DNA of 64,000 bases. Origin: the human T2T-CHM13v2.0 reference genome, Homo sapiens. The DNA is taken from NCBI RefSeq assembly GCF_009914755.1, contig NC_060936.1; one strand, 5' to 3'. Of this stretch, positions 13,965-35,431 are shown piece after piece; position 1 is the first letter of the stretch, and every line of letters begins with the position of its first letter. Both the position numbers and the translations under genes were made by a program. The notes below the pieces were generated by a model that searched no databases, had not been told where the DNA came from, and saw only the letters and a list, made by a program, of their open reading frames with translations.

Positions 13965-14648
13965 GAGAAAACATTCTCGCAGAAGTAATAGTGCAAGTGC
14001 CCTAATTGAGGCAGCAAAAGGCTGGTAGAGTGAGGGAAGAGAAGAATGGTCAGAAATGGGTTCAAGAAGATATTTGGGGACATGATTTTGTAGGGCTTTA
14101 TTGGGAATGGTAAAGATTTCAGGTTTTTTCATGGTATGACAAAATTTGGAAGCATATGAGCAGATAAGGTATAATCCTACATTTTATCACTGGTTACTAT
14201 TTGAAAAATAAGCTGTTAGGGAACAATTCCAGAAGCAGGTGGACCAATTGGAATTAAAGCAAAGGCTTTAATATGGGTAAGAGAAAAAAGTATAGTTTCT
14301 TAGATTAGGGTAATAGCAGTGGAAACAAAGATTCCGAGTTTATTTTTAAGGTAAAGCTAACTTCGTCTGTTGCTGTATAGGTGAATATGAGAAAAAGAAA
14401 TAAAGAACATCTCCAAAGTTTTTGACCTAAGAAAATGAAGAAGGAAAAAATAAGTCATCTAATAATGAAAGAAGACTGGGGAATGGGGTGGAAACTTTTG
14501 AGGGGGTAGGTATCAAAAATTTCATGCTGGATATGTTGAGTTTGAGAAAACAGACCACCAAGTGGACACACCAAGTAGTGATTTGAATATACATATTGGG
14601 AATTCAAGGTCAGTGTCAGGGCTAGAGATAGAATTGTGGGAAGTATAG

Positions 14649-15021
<373 letters not shown>

Positions 15022-15331
15022 TCAGCAGGCTGAACCCCGGGGTTCTTCTATATTTAAGTAGACAAAATTAGCGTGACTCAATAAGACTGAGGGGACAACC
15101 TGTGAGGTAAGAGAGCTGAGAGAGGAGAAAAAAAATTAAATTTGCATGGGGGGGCCTTGAAGCAAAGTTTCATAAAAGAGGGAGAAACATTAAGTGTCTG
15201 GCATACTACTGAAGGATTGACTAAGATGAAGACTGAATTGACCATTTCATTTGACAATTAAGTTCAGTAGTGGCTGAGCAGTATGGTTTGAATGGAGTGG
15301 TGAGGACAAAAGGGTGATTTGAGTGAACTGA

Positions 15332-15678
<347 letters not shown>

Positions 15679-17200
15679 TAGAAGAGTACTGTAGTATGTC
15701 AGCAAGGCGATGGAACAGGAAGACCAAGACCCTTCTTCTGTCATGGATAAATGAATTTAACAATGATAGACCAAATCCCTCTGTGAGAAATCCAGAAACC
15801 GGTTACAGGTTGCTTTACCACAAGTGAGACTAAAATCAACGGCATCAAAGCCAGGTAGGAAAATTCAACTACCTGTCGCTTGCCAGAGCCTCCCAGCCCC
15901 CAACCCCTGCACAGCGTGGAGCAATTGGGAGGAAACCTTCAAACTTCTATCTGCAGAGGAAAAAGACTAGAACATATATCCAACATTCTAAGTTTTAGGG
16001 ACCTGGCTGAGGGACCGCTTTCTGTATTTTTGCCTGAATCTGAGCACAGCAAGGGGGCACCAGCTGTAAGCTCTGGGAACACACTGCTCCGGAGTCTGCA
16101 GTACCACAGACAGACACTAGGCGAAGCTCCAGTACCATGACTTGCTATAGCACCCAAGACGCCACAGTATTGCAGGGGAACTTCTGATTAGAAACCCTGC
16201 AAACCTCTTCAAGTAGAATTCACACACAAGCCTAAAGAGGATGCATTCCCAGAAAAGGCTTAAGAAGCCTCCAGAATCTCTAGCCAGGCTGAATGGAGAA
16301 AGTCTTTGATATAGAAAACAAGATCAGAAAATCTGGGTGAGATGGCTGATTCTTCAATACTAAAATCCCAACAAAAATTAATGAGACATAACAAAGAAAT
16401 GGAAACATGGCACATTTAAGAAACCAATTAAATTTCCAGAAACCAACTTGAAATAAATGGAGGTAAATGAGGTGCCAGAGAATTAACAAATACCATTATA
16501 AGAATGCTTAATTAAAATAGAGCATAGATAGCTAAACAAAACCAAGAAAATCATGCATAAACAGATTGAGAATATCATCAAAGAGAAACTGTAAAGAAGT
16601 ACCAAACAAATTCTGCAACTGAAGAATACAATAACTGAATTGATAAAAAAAAAAAAAAAAATCTCTAGAGGGATTGAACAGACTTGGAAAGGCCGAAGAA
16701 ATAGTGAACTCAAAGACAGGACTTTCAAAATTGCTGAGGCACAGGAGAATGAAAAAATATAAAGGGAGCCTAAGGGGCTTATGGGACACCATCAAACAGA
16801 ACAACATTATGGGAGTTTCAGAAGAAAAATAGAGAAAAAGGCACAGACCTATTAGAAGAAATAACAGCAAAAAATTTCCTAGATATGAGAGAAATTGACA
16901 TATAAAAGAAACTAAGAAAATGCCAGCAAAGATAAATCTCAAGAGACCACACAAAGACACATTATAATAAACTATCAAAAACAGAGTCATGAAAGCAGCA
17001 AGAGAAAAGCACTCATCATGTACAAGAGGGCTCCTAATCAATTATTAGCATGTTTCTCAGCAGAAACCTTGCAGACTAGAAGGGAATGGGATGATACATT
17101 CAAAGTATAGAAGTTCCTGATAAGGTAAATGCATAGAAATATATACAGTCCTATAATATTGTAATGTAGGTGTGTAAATTACATTTAATTCTAGCATTGA

Positions 17201-17334
17201 ATTTATTTATTTATTTTTAAAGTTGGGGTCTAGCTTTGTTGCCCAAGCTGGTCTTGAACTTTTGGGCTCAAGTAATCCTCCTGCCTAACCCTCTGAGTAG
17301 TTGGGGCTACAGGTGTGCACCACCATGCCCAGGT
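17201..17334 (-). mobile_element. FLAM Alu monomer
   Basis: Reverse-complement monomer inside L1. Confidence 0.85.
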
Positions 17335-18861
17335 ACCAGTTTTGAATACAAAAAACAAAAGTGTAAAAAGTAATTATATATCTGAGTAATGGATACTCAT
17401 TATAAAAAGAGAAAATTGTGTTAATTACAAAGTGGAGGGGGGCAGAGATGTAAAGGAGTAGAGTTTTTATACATGAATGAAGTTGTTAGCTGTTTCAAAT
17501 AGGATGTTACAATGTTTAGGTGTTTTATGTAATTGCAGTGGTAACCACAGAGAAAATACCTACAAAATATACACAAAGGGAAATGAGAAGGGAATCAAAG
17601 CATGTCACTACAAAAAAAAACAAACAAAAAACAAAAAACACAACAAAACAAAAAAGACAGCAGTGGAAGAAAGTAGAGACAAAAAAGCTACGTGACATAC
17701 AGAAAACAACAAAATGGCAATAGTGAGTTCTTTCCTATCAGCAATTACTTTAAAGGTAGATGTGATGAACACTAATTAAAAGACAGATTGGCTGAGTGGA
17801 TTTAAAAAAAAACAAAACAAGATCCAACTGTATGCTTTTTACAAAAGACTTACCTTAGACTTAGGGACACACAAAGTCTAAACGTGAAGGGATGGAAAAC
17901 AGTTCCATGTAAATGGGAAGCTAAAAGCGGGGGTGGCCATATGTAATATTAGACAAGGTAGTCTAGATAGTCTTTAAGTAGAAACTCAGGAGAACAAAAA
18001 AGGATGTTATGTAATGATAAGGGGTCCATTCATCAGGAACATAAGACAACTATAAATATATGCACATCTAATGTTAGAACTCCCAAATAGGTGAAGCATT
18101 GACAGGACTGAAAGAAGAAATTAACAACAACACAATAATAGCAGGAGACATAATACTTCTCTTTCATTTATGGCCAGAACAACCATACAGAAGATCGACA
18201 AAGAAACAGAAGACATGAACACAGTATAGATCAGTTGGCTGTAACTGATGTCCACTCAACAACAGCAGAATACACATTCTTAAGTACTCGTGGAGGCTTC
18301 TCCAAGATAGACCACATGTTAGGCTGTAAAACAAATCTTAACAAATATAAGGAGATTGAAATCATACAAAGTATCTTCTCCAATCACAATGAAATAAAAC
18401 AAGAAATCAATAGCAGAAGGAAAACAAGAAAGTCCACGAATTTGTGGGAACTAAGCAGTGCCCTCTTAATGAATGGGTCAGAGAAGAAAACACAAGTGAA
18501 TTTAGATAATATCTGGAAACTAATGAAAGCAAAAATGCAACATATCACACTTATGGAATGCAGTGAAAGTAGAAGTGAGGGAGAGGTTTATAGTGGTAAA
18601 CACCTACATTAAAAAAGAAGAAAGATCTCAAATCAACAACCTAATCTCATATCTCAAAGAACTAGAAAAGAACAACAAACTAAACCCTAAGTTATCAGAA
18701 GGATTAGAGCATAGGTAAATGAATTAGAGAATAGAAATACCATAGAGAAACATCAAGGAAACCAAAAGTTGTTTTTGTTGAAAAGATCAATGAAATTGTC
18801 TAACCCTTAGCTAGACCAACTGAGAAAATAAGAGAGAAGACTGAAATAAGTAAAATTAGAA

Positions 18862-18995
18862 AGCCAGGTGCAGTGGCTCATACCAGTAATCCTAGCACTT
18901 TGGGAGGCCAAGGTGGGAGGATTGCTTGAGCCTAGGAGTTCAAGACCAGCCTGGGCAACATAGCGAAACCCTATCTCTAAAAAAGAAGTAAAATA
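18862..18995 (+). mobile_element. FLAM_C
   Basis: Left-type monomer with A tail. Confidence 0.88.
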
Positions 18996-19017
18996 AAAAA
19001 CTTTAGAAACAAATGAG

Positions 19018-19322
19018 AAGCTGGAAATCATCATTCTCGGCAAACTGTCGCAAGGACAAAAAACCAAATACCGCATGTTCTCACTCATAGGTAGGTGGGA
19101 CTTGAACAATGAGAACACTTGGACACAGGAAGGGGAACATCACACACTGGGGCCTGTTGTGGGGTGGGAGGAGGGGGGAGGGATAGCATTAGAAGATATA
19201 CCTAATGTAAATGACGAGTTAAAGGGTGCAGCACACCAACATGGCACATGTATACATATGTAACCTGCATGTTGTGCACATGTACCCTAGAACTTAAAGT
19301 ATAATAAAAAATAGAAAAAAAA
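19018..19322 (+). mobile_element. Severely 5'-truncated L1PA (about PA4-PA5) 3' end nested in the older L1
   Basis: ORF2 end plus G-rich 3'UTR and A tail; degenerate TSD agaaacaaatgag/agaaatgaatgag (19005-19017, 19323-19335). Confidence 0.92.
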
Positions 19323-19708
19323 AGAAATGAATGAGAGGACATTATAACCATTGTCACAGAAATAAGGATTATGAGACTGTTGTGAACAACTATGCCAACA
19401 AATTGGATCATGTAAAAGAAATGGATAAATTCCTAGAGGAATACCACCTACAAAGACTGAATCATGAAGAAATAAAGAATATGAATAAACATAATATGAG
19501 TAAATAAATTGAAGCAGTAATCAAAACCTTCCCAGTGAAGAAAAGCCCAGGACCTGATGGTTTCACAAAAAAATTCCACCAAACATTTAAAGAACTAATA
19601 CCAATTCTTTTCAAACTCTTCCAAAGAATTGAAGAGGAGGGAACAATCCCAAACTGAGTCTTTGAGGGCAGCAGTAAGCTGATAACAAAACCAGAATAAA
19701 ACACAAGA

Positions 19709-20042
19709 GACTGGGCATGGTGGCTCACATCTGTAATTCTAGCACTTTGGGAGACCAAAGCAGGTGGGTCTCTTCAGCCCAGGAGTTTAAGACCAGACTG
19801 GGCAACATGGTGAAACTCCGTCTCTACTAAAACAAAAAAAAATCAGCCAGGTGTGATGTGCATTTGGAGCTACTCAGGAGGTTGAGGTGGGAGAATCACC
19901 TGAGCCCTAGAAGTCGAGGCTGCAGTGTGCTGAGCTGAGATTGTGCCACTGCACTGCAGCCTGGGCAACAGGAATGAGATACTCTCTCAAAAACAAAACA
20001 AAACAAAACACACAAACACAAAAAAAGAAAGAAAAAGAAAAA
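19709..20042 (+). mobile_element. AluJ
   Basis: Dimer with CAAAA-type tail. Confidence 0.93.
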
Positions 20043-22185
20043 CCTATGGACCAATAATGGACTGATATTGCTGATGAATATAGACGCAACAAAATAGGTA
20101 TATAAGGAACTTACCTCAATATAATAAAGGTCATATAAGACAAGCCCATACTAGCATCACATTCAATGGAGAAAGACTGAAAGCTTTTCCTCTAAGATTA
20201 AGAATAAAGCAAGGATTTGCACTCTCACCACTAATATTTAACATGGGAAGTCTGGCAAGAACTACTTGGCAAGAAAAAGAAGTATAAGACATCCAAACTG
20301 GAAAAGAAGTAAAATTATCTCTATTTGCTAACAATATGATCTCATATTTAGAAAATTCTAAAGATTCCACAAAAATTACAATAAACACTTTCAAAAAAAT
20401 TGCAGAATACAAAGTCAACACATAAAAATCATTTGTGTTTTTATGCACTAACATTGACCAGAAAAGGAAATTACAAAAACGCATACTATATACTATAACA
20501 TAAGAAAGGGCAAAACACTTAGGACATGAAAGACTTGTACACTGAAAACTACAAAGCATTGCTAAAAGAAATCAAAGAAGACACAGATAAATGTAAGACA
20601 TCCCATGTTCATGGCTTGGAAGCCTTAATATTGTTAAAATATTCATACTACCCAAAGTAATCTAAGATTCTATGCAATATCTATGAAAATCCCAATGCAT
20701 TCTTTAGAGAAAAGAGAAAAAAATTCTAAATTGCTTATGGAACCTCCAGGGATGCCAAATAGTCAAAACAATCTTGAAAAAGGACAGAGTAGGAGGCCTC
20801 ACACTTACTGATTTCAAAACATACCACAAAAAAAACTGCAATTAAGATGATGTGATAATGGCATAAAAGTAGCTATATAGACCAATGGAACAGAATGGAG
20901 AGCCCAGAAATAAGCTTTTGTATGTATGGTCAAATAAACTTTGGCAGTATTCCTAGACCACACAATAGGGAAAGGTGTCTCTTTAGTAAAGGGTGTTGGG
21001 ATAACTGGATGCAAAAGCTTGACATTGAATCCTTACCCTACCCCACAAAAATTAAGTTAAAAAGGATGGATCAAAGACCTAACTCTAAGCCTTAAAACTA
21101 TAAAACTCCTGGAGAAGATATGGGAGGAAGGCTTCAGGACATTGGATTTGGCGATGATATTTTGGATATGACACCAAAAACACTAGGCAAGAAAAGCAGT
21201 AATTGATAATGGGACTACATTACACTTAAGTGCTTTAGCACACTAAAGGAAACAGTGAAAAGAAAACCTATAGAATGGGAGAAAATAACTGCAAATTATG
21301 TACCTGATAAGGGGTTAATATCCAGAACATATAAGGAACTTCTACAACTCAACAACAAAAACTTAAGTTAAAAATGGGCAAAGGATCAAAATAGACATTT
21401 TTCCAGAGATATGTGAATGGCCAATAAATGCACAGGACAATGCCCAGCATCACCAATCATTAAAGAAATGGAAATCAAGACCACAATGAGATATTATCTC
21501 ACACCTACCAGTATGGCCACTGTCAAAAAAACAGAAAATAACACATGTCGGAGAGGATATGGAGAAGTTGGAACACTTGTGTATTGGTGGTGGTCATGTA
21601 AAATGGCACAGCCACTGTGGAAAACCATATGGCGGTTCCTCAAAAAATTAAAAATAGAAAAACCATGTGATCTAGCAATCTCATTTCTGGGTATACATGC
21701 AGAATAATTGAAAGCAAGGTCTCTAAATGATACTTGCACACTTATGTTTATTGTGGCATTATTCATAATAGCCAAGAGGTGCAAGCAACCCAAATGTCCA
21801 TCAACAGATGAATGGATAAGGAAAGTGTGGTATATTTATACAATGGAATACTATGCAGCCTTAAGGAATTCTGTCATATGCTACAACATGAATGATCCTC
21901 AAGGACATGATGTTGAGTGAAATAAACCATTCATAAAAGGACAAATACTATATGATTCCACTCATATGGTGTATTTAGAGTGGTCAGAAATTATAGAAAC
22001 AGAGTGCAGAAAGGTAGTTTTTAAGGGCTGGAGGTTGGGGGAAGAGGAATTAGTGTTTGGGGGTATAAAGTTTCAGTTTTGCAAGATGAAAGCATCCTAG
22101 ATATCTGTTGCACAATAATGTGAATATATTTAACACTACTGAAATGTAATCATTTTTAAGTAAAAAATGATTAAGATTGCTGTAG

Positions 22186-22500
<315 letters not shown>

Positions 22501-24544
22501 TATAGTTTGGTTATTTGTCTGTAACCAAATCTCATGTTGAAATGTTGGAGGTGGGGCCTGGTGGGAGGTGTTTGGATTATCAGGTGGATCCCCTATGAAT
22601 GACTCGGGCCATCCCCCTGGTGATAAGTGAGCACTTGCTCTGAGTTTGCATGAGATCTGGCCATTTAAAAGTATGTGGCACCTCTCCCACCTCTCTCTCT
22701 CTCTCTTGCTCTTGCTTTCAACATGTGATGTGCAAGCTCCCACTTCACCTTCTACCACGAGTAAAAGCTCCCTGAGGCCTCCCCAGAAGATGAGCAATGT
22801 TGATGCCATGCTTGTATGGCCTGCACAACCATGGGCCAGTGAAACCTCTTTATAAATTACCCAGTCTTGGATATTTCTTTATAGCAATGCAAGAATGGCC
22901 TAATATAGAAAATTGGTGCTGAGGAGTGGAGCATTGCTATAAAGATGCCTGAAAATATGGAACTGACTTTGGAGCTGGGTAACAGGCAGACGCTGGAAGA
23001 GTTTGGAGGGCAGAGAAGAAGATAGGAAGATAAGAGAATATTTGGAAATTTTGCAGCCTAGCTATGTGGCAAAGAGAGTAAAAGGTTTTTCGAGAGAGAA
23101 ATTGAAGCAGGCTGTGGAGCAATATCTTGCTAGAGATATTTGCATAACTAAAAGGGAGCCAAGTGCTGATATCAAAGAGAGTGGGAAAAAGACCTCAAAG
23201 CCATTTCAGAGACCTTCATGGCAGCACCTCCATCACAGGCCCAGAGGCCTAGGAGGGAAGAATGGTTTCATGGGCCAGGTCCAGGGCCCCATTGCCCTGC
23301 ACAGCCTTAGGACACTCTTCCCTACATTCTGGCCACTCTGGCTCAAGCCTTGGCTCAAAAGACCCCAGATACTGCTCATGCCACCATTCTGGAGAGTGAA
23401 AGCCACTGTAAGCCTTGGTGCCTTCCACATGGTGTTAAGCCTGTAGGGTGAAAGAGTGAATGAGGTGTGCCAGCCTTCATCTGTATTTCAGAGGATATAT
23501 GAAAAAGCCTGGGTGCCCAGGCAGAAGCCTGCTACAGGGGCAGAGCCCTCAAAAAGAACCTCTGCTAGGGGAGTGCTGAGGGGAAATGTGTAGTTGGAGC
23601 CCACACACAGAGTCCTCACTGAGGCACTGCCTAGTGGAGGGGACCACTGTCCTCAAGAACCCAGAGTGGTAGATCCACTGGCAGCTTGCACCCTGTGCCT
23701 GGAAAAGCTGCATGCACTCAACAGCCTGTGAGATCAGCTGTGGGGCAGAACCCACAAAGTCACAGGGGCAGAGCTGCTCAAGGCTTTGGGAGCCCAACCC
23801 TCATATCAGTGTGCCCTGGATATGGGACATGAAGTCAAAGGAGATTATTTCAAAGCTTTAAGAATTAATGCAGGGTTTCTAACTTCCATGGGGCCTGTAG
23901 CCCCTTTCTTTTGGCCGATTTCTCCCTTTTGAGATGGAAATGATTACCCAATGCTGGTCCTCCCATTGTATCTTGAAACTAAATAACTTGTTTGATTTTA
24001 CAAGCTGGCTCATAGGTGGACAAGACTTGGCTTGTCTTATTTGAGATTTTGGACTTTTGAGGTAATGCTGGAACAAGTTAAGACTTTAAGAGACTATTGG
24101 GAAAGCATAATCGTATTATGCAATATTAGGAGGACATGAGAAGGGGGATGCAGAGATGGAATGATATAGTTTGGACATTTGTCCCCACTCAAATCTCATG
24201 TTGAAATATAATCCCCAATCTTCAAGGTGGCCTTGGTGGGATGTGTTTGGGTCATGGGGGCAGATCCCTCATGAATGACTTAGGCCATCCCCTTGGTGAT
24301 AAGTGAGCTCTTGATCTGAGTTCATACAAGATCTGGTCATTTAAAAGTGTGTGGCACCTCTCCCCACAATCTTGCCCCTGCTTTCACCGCATGACATGCA
24401 AGCTCCCACTTTGCCTTCCACCATGAATAAAAGTTCCCTGAGGCCTCCCCAGAAGCCAGATGATGTCAGCACCATGCTTATACAGCCTGCAAACTGTGAG
24501 CCAATTAAACCTCTTTTCTTTATAAATTACCCAGTCTCAGGTAT

Positions 24545-24866
24545 TTCTTTCTTTTTTTTTTTTTTTTTTTTTTTTTTCCTGAGATGGAGTCTCGCACTGT
24601 CACCCAGGCTGGAGTGCAGTGGCACAATCTCAGCTCACTGTAAGTTCCGCCTCCTGGGTTCACACTATTCTCCTGCCTCAGCCTCCCAAAGTAGCTGGGA
24701 CCACAGGCGCCCGCCACCACGCCCAGCTAATTTTTTTGGTATTCTTAGTAGAGACGGGGTTTCATTGTGTTAGCCAGGATGGTCTCGATCTCCTGACCTC
24801 GTGATCCACCCACCTTGGCCTCCCAAAGTGCTGGGATTATAGGCGTGAGCCACCATGCCCAGCCCG
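24545..24866 (-). mobile_element. AluY inside MSTB 3' LTR
   Basis: AluY diagnostics, long T tail, TSD ggtatttct. Confidence 0.95.
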
Positions 24867-24987
24867 GTATTTCTGTATAGTAATGCAAGAATGGCCCAAT
24901 ACAAAGATGGTAAATACAACATTGTGTGTTTTTTTAACCACAATAATAATAGTAATAAGAGTATTGTTCTAAGGAAGAGCAGAGAAG

Positions 24988-25115
24988 CTGGACATGGTGG
25001 CATGCACCTGTAATCCATGCTACTCAGGAGGCTGAGGCAGAAGGATTGCTTGAGCCTAGGAGTTCAAGTCCTGCCTGGGCAATATAGCAAGACTCTATCT
25101 AATTTTTTAAAAATA
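24988..25115 (+). mobile_element. FLAM Alu monomer
   Basis: Single monomer. Confidence 0.85.
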
Positions 25116-25297
25116 ATAAACAGGTAAAGAAGAGGAGAGAAATGGGAAAGTAGCTGTCAGAGAATGTTATTATTAATCAATGGATGTTTGGGATTTGCAC
25201 AAGCCAAGTGTCATGATGATAGATTCAGAATGGTCAAACCACACTTGAAAGGCCATCTTCCACTTCTTACCTTTCCTGGTGGAAAGTTGAAACCCCA

Positions 25298-26880
<1,583 letters not shown>

Positions 26881-26924
26881 GAGAAGATGAAAAGTACCAA
26901 ATACATATCACTCATCGACTCAGA

Positions 26925-27830
26925 AAAAAGAGGCCTCTGCTCTGGGTTCCACACTTCAGAGGGACCCATATATCACAAGCACACACATTTATTAAAGAAC
27001 ACATAGGCAGCTCTGTCACTTTTGGATTTAATGCTCCGTGTCAGCACAGCACAACTAATCTAAACTTTTTGTGAATAACGCCAGGGAAATGCTTCTCCAA
27101 ATCCTTTGCCCAATATCTTTAAAACAATAGGTAACTCTGCCCAACTATTATTCAGATTTATGGGTTGACTGCTACTGACACTGCTGCACAGATCAGTGAG
27201 GATTGGAGTGTCAGAAGTTTCAGGAAACAGAAATGACAAATTAATCTGTCATATTTTTCCTCTCAACACGAAAGCAAAAAATTTTTGCATAATAAAGTAT
27301 TGTTTTCCACTAAGTGCCTCACTGATTTTATTGCTTCTCTTTGTGTTCAAAGTGTACCCCTTTGTGGAAATTTGGGACACTTTGAATAAAATGTTTCTTT
27401 TGTAATCCTTTAGATTATTACCTTCAATGGAACAGAAATTAATTGAAAATAGTATGACATTTGTTGATATTGTGATTGTGTTAAAATGAAGACATAAAAT
27501 TCATGGAATAAATATAATTTATAAAATATATTTGTTTCTTTTATTTATTTTTTTCTTTTATTGCTTATCCATGAACAGAACACCTAGACATGTGCAGTAA
27601 TAATTAAATTTAGTTCTCTTTTATATTGACTGCATTTCAATCATATAAAGATCATCTCTGCATATTTTTATGTTGTTTTAAAGGTATTTTGGTCAAAATA
27701 AGACAGCAGAATGTATTTTATTCAATAGTTCCAAAACTTGACTTATACCTTTTAAATTTAGACAAATGGCTGTTGGGGTTTCTGTTTTACTCTTGCCCCA
27801 GGCCCTGCAAACATTCGGGGCTGCCAAACG
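26925..27830. mobile_element. hAT-Tip100 (Zaphod/MER115-like) non-autonomous DNA transposon
   Basis: GC-rich subterminal ends (ctctgggttccacacttcagagggaccc; cttgccccaggccctgcaaacattcggggc) around an AT-rich body. Confidence 0.5.
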
Positions 27831-28022
27831 TTTTACCATGAATTGAAATCAATAGACAATGAAGCAATTGTTGATTTTGTGAAAGAACACAATGCAAGAA
27901 TACAATATAGATGGTCAGATAATCAAAGGAAATAAAATACTAAATGACAGACTGAAGGAGGAAATAAAAGAAGGAAAACCATCACAGAAATGAAAATAAT
28001 TTTGAAAGAACAAGTGAGACCA

Positions 28023-28147
28023 TTTTTCTGAGGTAGGGAGTCTTACTACTTTCCCCAGGCTGGTTTTGAACGTCTGGGCTCAGGCAATCCTCCAACCTCA
28101 GCCTCCTGAGGAGTTAGGATTACGGGCACACACCACTGTGTCTAGCT
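28023..28147 (-). mobile_element. FLAM Alu monomer
   Basis: Reverse-complement monomer. Confidence 0.85.
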
Positions 28148-28189
28148 TACTTTTTAAAAAGGTTTAAGAAATATTGTTTAAATGCATTC

Positions 28190-30230
28190 ATCAAACAATG
28201 AACATTTGAGTTGATTTTTTAGCTATTATGAATAATGCTGCTGTGAACATTTGTATATGAGTTTTTTGCATGATGTGTGTTTTCATTTCTCTCTTGAATT
28301 GAAACCTAGGAGTAGAATTTCTGGATCATAGGGTAACTCTATGTTTAACTTCTTAAGAAACTGCCAGACTATTTTTCAAAATAACTGCACCATTCTATAT
28401 CGGCCAGGTGTGTATGAGGGTTCCAGTTTTTCCACACCCTTGCCAGTGTTCCTTATTTATCCTCTTTTTAATTCTAGCCATCCTGGCCAGTACCACACTG
28501 TCTTGAATACTGTTGCCTTGTGTAAATTTTGAAATCAGGGAATGTGGGTCTTCCTACTTTGTTCTTTTTCAAGATTGTGGGCACCTTGCAATTCCTTATC
28601 AATTTTAAAATCAGCTTGTCAGTTTTGCAAAGAAGTTAACTGGGATGCTGATGGAGATTTGATTGAATCTGTAGGTCAGTTTGGAGAGTGTTGCTATCTT
28701 AACAATGGTAAGTCTTTTGATCCATGAACATGTGATGTTTTTACAGTTATTTAGATCTTCTTCAACTTCTTTCAACAATGGTTTACAGTTTTCAGAGTAT
28801 AAGTTTTGCAGTTTTTGTTACATTTATTCCTAAGTATTTCATTCTTTCTTATGCTATTGTAAAAGGAATTGTTTTCTTATATTCACTTTTGAGTTTTTTA
28901 TTGCAAGTATCTAGAAATAGAATTGAAAGTTATATATTGACATTGTATTCTGCAACCTTGCTGTACTTGTTTCATAGTTTATAAGAGGTTTTAGTGGATT
29001 CCCTAGGATTCTCTACATACAAAATCATGTCATCTGTGAATAGAGATAGTTTAACTTTCTTTCTAATCTGGAAGCCTCTTGTTTTTTTCTCTTGCCTAAT
29101 TGGCCTGGTTAGGGCCTCCAATACAGTGTTGGATAGAAATGGCGAGAGTGGACATCCTCGTTTTGTTCCTAATCTTAGGAGAAAAGCATCTAGTTTTTTA
29201 CCATGAAGTATGATGTTTTCTGTGGGTTTTTATGGATGTCATTTATCAGGTTGAAGATGTTCTCTTCAATTTCTAGTTTGTTGAGTATTTTCATCATGAA
29301 AGGAGGCTGGATGTTTTCTCAGATGTTTTTGCTGCATCTGTTCAGATAATCATGTGATTTTTCCTTTTTATTCTATTGATGTGTTATATTACATAGATTG
29401 ACGTTCAGATGTTAAACCAACCTTGCCTTCCTGGGATGAATCCTACCAGGTCATGGTCTATAGTTCTTTTTATATGTTGCTGCATTCAGTTTGCTTGTAT
29501 TTTTTGAAGGCTTTTGCATCCATCTTTGTAAGAATTATTGGTCTGTGCCTTTCTTTTCTTGTAATGTCTTTGTCTGGTTTTGGTATCAGGGTAATATTGG
29601 CCTTATAAGACCTATTGGGAACTATTTCCTTGTCTTCTGTACTTTGGAGAGTTTGTGAAGAATTGTTACTAATTTTTTTATTCATTCACATTTAGTGTTG
29701 TTATTGATATAGTTGGATTACATTGCCATTTTGCTTTTCATTTTCTATGTCTCATATCTTTATTTTGCTATTTCTTCATTACTGCTTTCTTTTGCCTTTG
29801 GTGAATATTTTTAATGAAACATTTTAATTTTCTTAATTATTTTTCTCTATTTTAAAAAGTTTTTTTAGTAGTTGATCTAGGCTATACCTTATATACCTTG
29901 ACTTATCAGAATCAGCTTCTGATTTATAATTGCTTAATTTCAGTGGTGTATAAAAATGTTAATCCTATATAGCTCTATTCCCCTCTTCCCCTACGTTTCT
30001 ATCTGTAATTATTTCCTTAACTCAATACAACTTTGCTCCCATCCACCTCCTTTGTGCTGTGTAATATACTTGCCAGTATTCCAAACTGGACATGTCAAAT
30101 AATGTACAAACTCTGGGTACTGATCTCCTACCTCCTCCAGGGTTTGTTATTACTCTTTGATTTTCCATTTGTTTAGTGACTTGCTGAAAGTCAGTAAACT
30201 ATTTTGCCTCCCACAGTGTTAAGCATCTGC
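28190..30230 (-). mobile_element. Old L1M with internal deletions
   Basis: Antisense ORF2 remnant YKANITLIPKPDKDITRKE (29470-29685). Confidence 0.85.
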
Positions 30231-30299
30231 ACCTTGCTTTTTAATGTTTAAATGTATCCTGCAGACATGCTGTATCTGTATATAATTAACTTCCTTGAT

Positions 30300-34257
<3,958 letters not shown>

Positions 34258-34367
34258 GAAAGTAAAATATTTTATTTTCTCTCCTAGCTGGTTGTTGTTT
34301 GTATATATGATGGTTATTGATTTCTAACATTGTATCTATCTAAAACTATGTGATTGTATCATCTCCT

Positions 34368-34890
34368 TGTGGTAGATTGAACACAGGGCCACAATTTCTT
34401 CCTAATCTGACATCTGTGCCCTCGTAATGTAATGTTGTAGATCCTATCATCAAGAAGTAAGGTCTGTTTTCTTCACTCCTCAATTCTGGATTGGCCATAT
34501 CATTCACTTTGGTCATGAAACATTAGCAAAGATGACACAACCAGAAGCTTGAAAAGTGTTTGTGGATTAGGGCTAGACCTCAGTCTGCTCTTGGAAATCT
34601 GCCACTATGTGAATAAACCTAGGCTAGCCTTCTGGATGATAAGAGACTAGCTGCCTCCTATGATTCTAGACAACAGCCTGCCTACTGTTAGACGTATGAA
34701 TGAAGCTATCTGAAATCACCTAGCTGCCAACCAACCACTAACTACGGACATCTGAGAAAACCCAGCAATCAGCCAGGGTGGCCTAGACCAGAAGAGCTGC
34801 AGTCCACCAAATCATAAGTGAAATAAATGATTATTATTTTAAACCACTGCTACTTTTTGGGGTAATACACAGCAAACACAGACAAACTAT
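34368..34890 (+). mobile_element. MLT1 (F/G-like) solo LTR
   Basis: tgtggtag start; aataaatgattattattttaaaccact end block. Confidence 0.75.
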
Positions 34891-35156
34891 TCAAAATACT
34901 AAATAAATTTAATAAAAATATTGGAAGGATCCAAATGTCCATCAATGGGAAATTGGTTAAATAAACTATAGTACATCCAAACAATGGCAATAACGGGGAG
35001 CACTGGCAAAGAAATTTGTGTATGAAATATTGTGCTGTGAAAAAAAGCAAATTATTCAATAGTATATATTGAATTATCTGACTTACCAAAAAATATGTGT
35101 GGTTTCTTTGGGGTGGGATTCTGAGGGAATTCACTTTCTTTTTAAAAATGGTTTTA

Positions 35157-35431
35157 CCTGGGCTTGGTGGCTTATGCCTGTAATCCCTGCACTTTGGAAG
35201 ACTGATGTGGGAGGATCACCCATGGCCAGGAGTTCAAAACTAGCCCAGGCAACACAGTGAGACGATCTCTACAAAAAATGAAAATATTAGCCAGGCGTGG
35301 TGGCACATACCTGTAGTCTCAGCTACTTGGAAGATTCCTCCAGCCCAGGAGTTTAAGGCTGTAATTAGCCATGATTACTCCACTGCTGGGCAACAGAGTG
35401 TGACCCTGTTTCATTTAAAAAAAAAAAAAAA
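35157..35431 (+). mobile_element. AluJ with small deletions
   Basis: Dimer with A tail. Confidence 0.9.

Larger units (their letters stand above)
15700..22177 (+). mobile_element. Near full-length ancient L1 (L1MB-like): 5'UTR, ORF1, spacer, ORF2, 3'UTR; last about 50 bp displaced to 24904-24955 by MSTB
   Basis: EN-domain remnant STTAEYTF..FSKIDHMLG (18235-18612), C-terminal remnants [14 protein letters not shown] and TCTLMFIVALFIIAK; all reading frames broken. Confidence 0.88.
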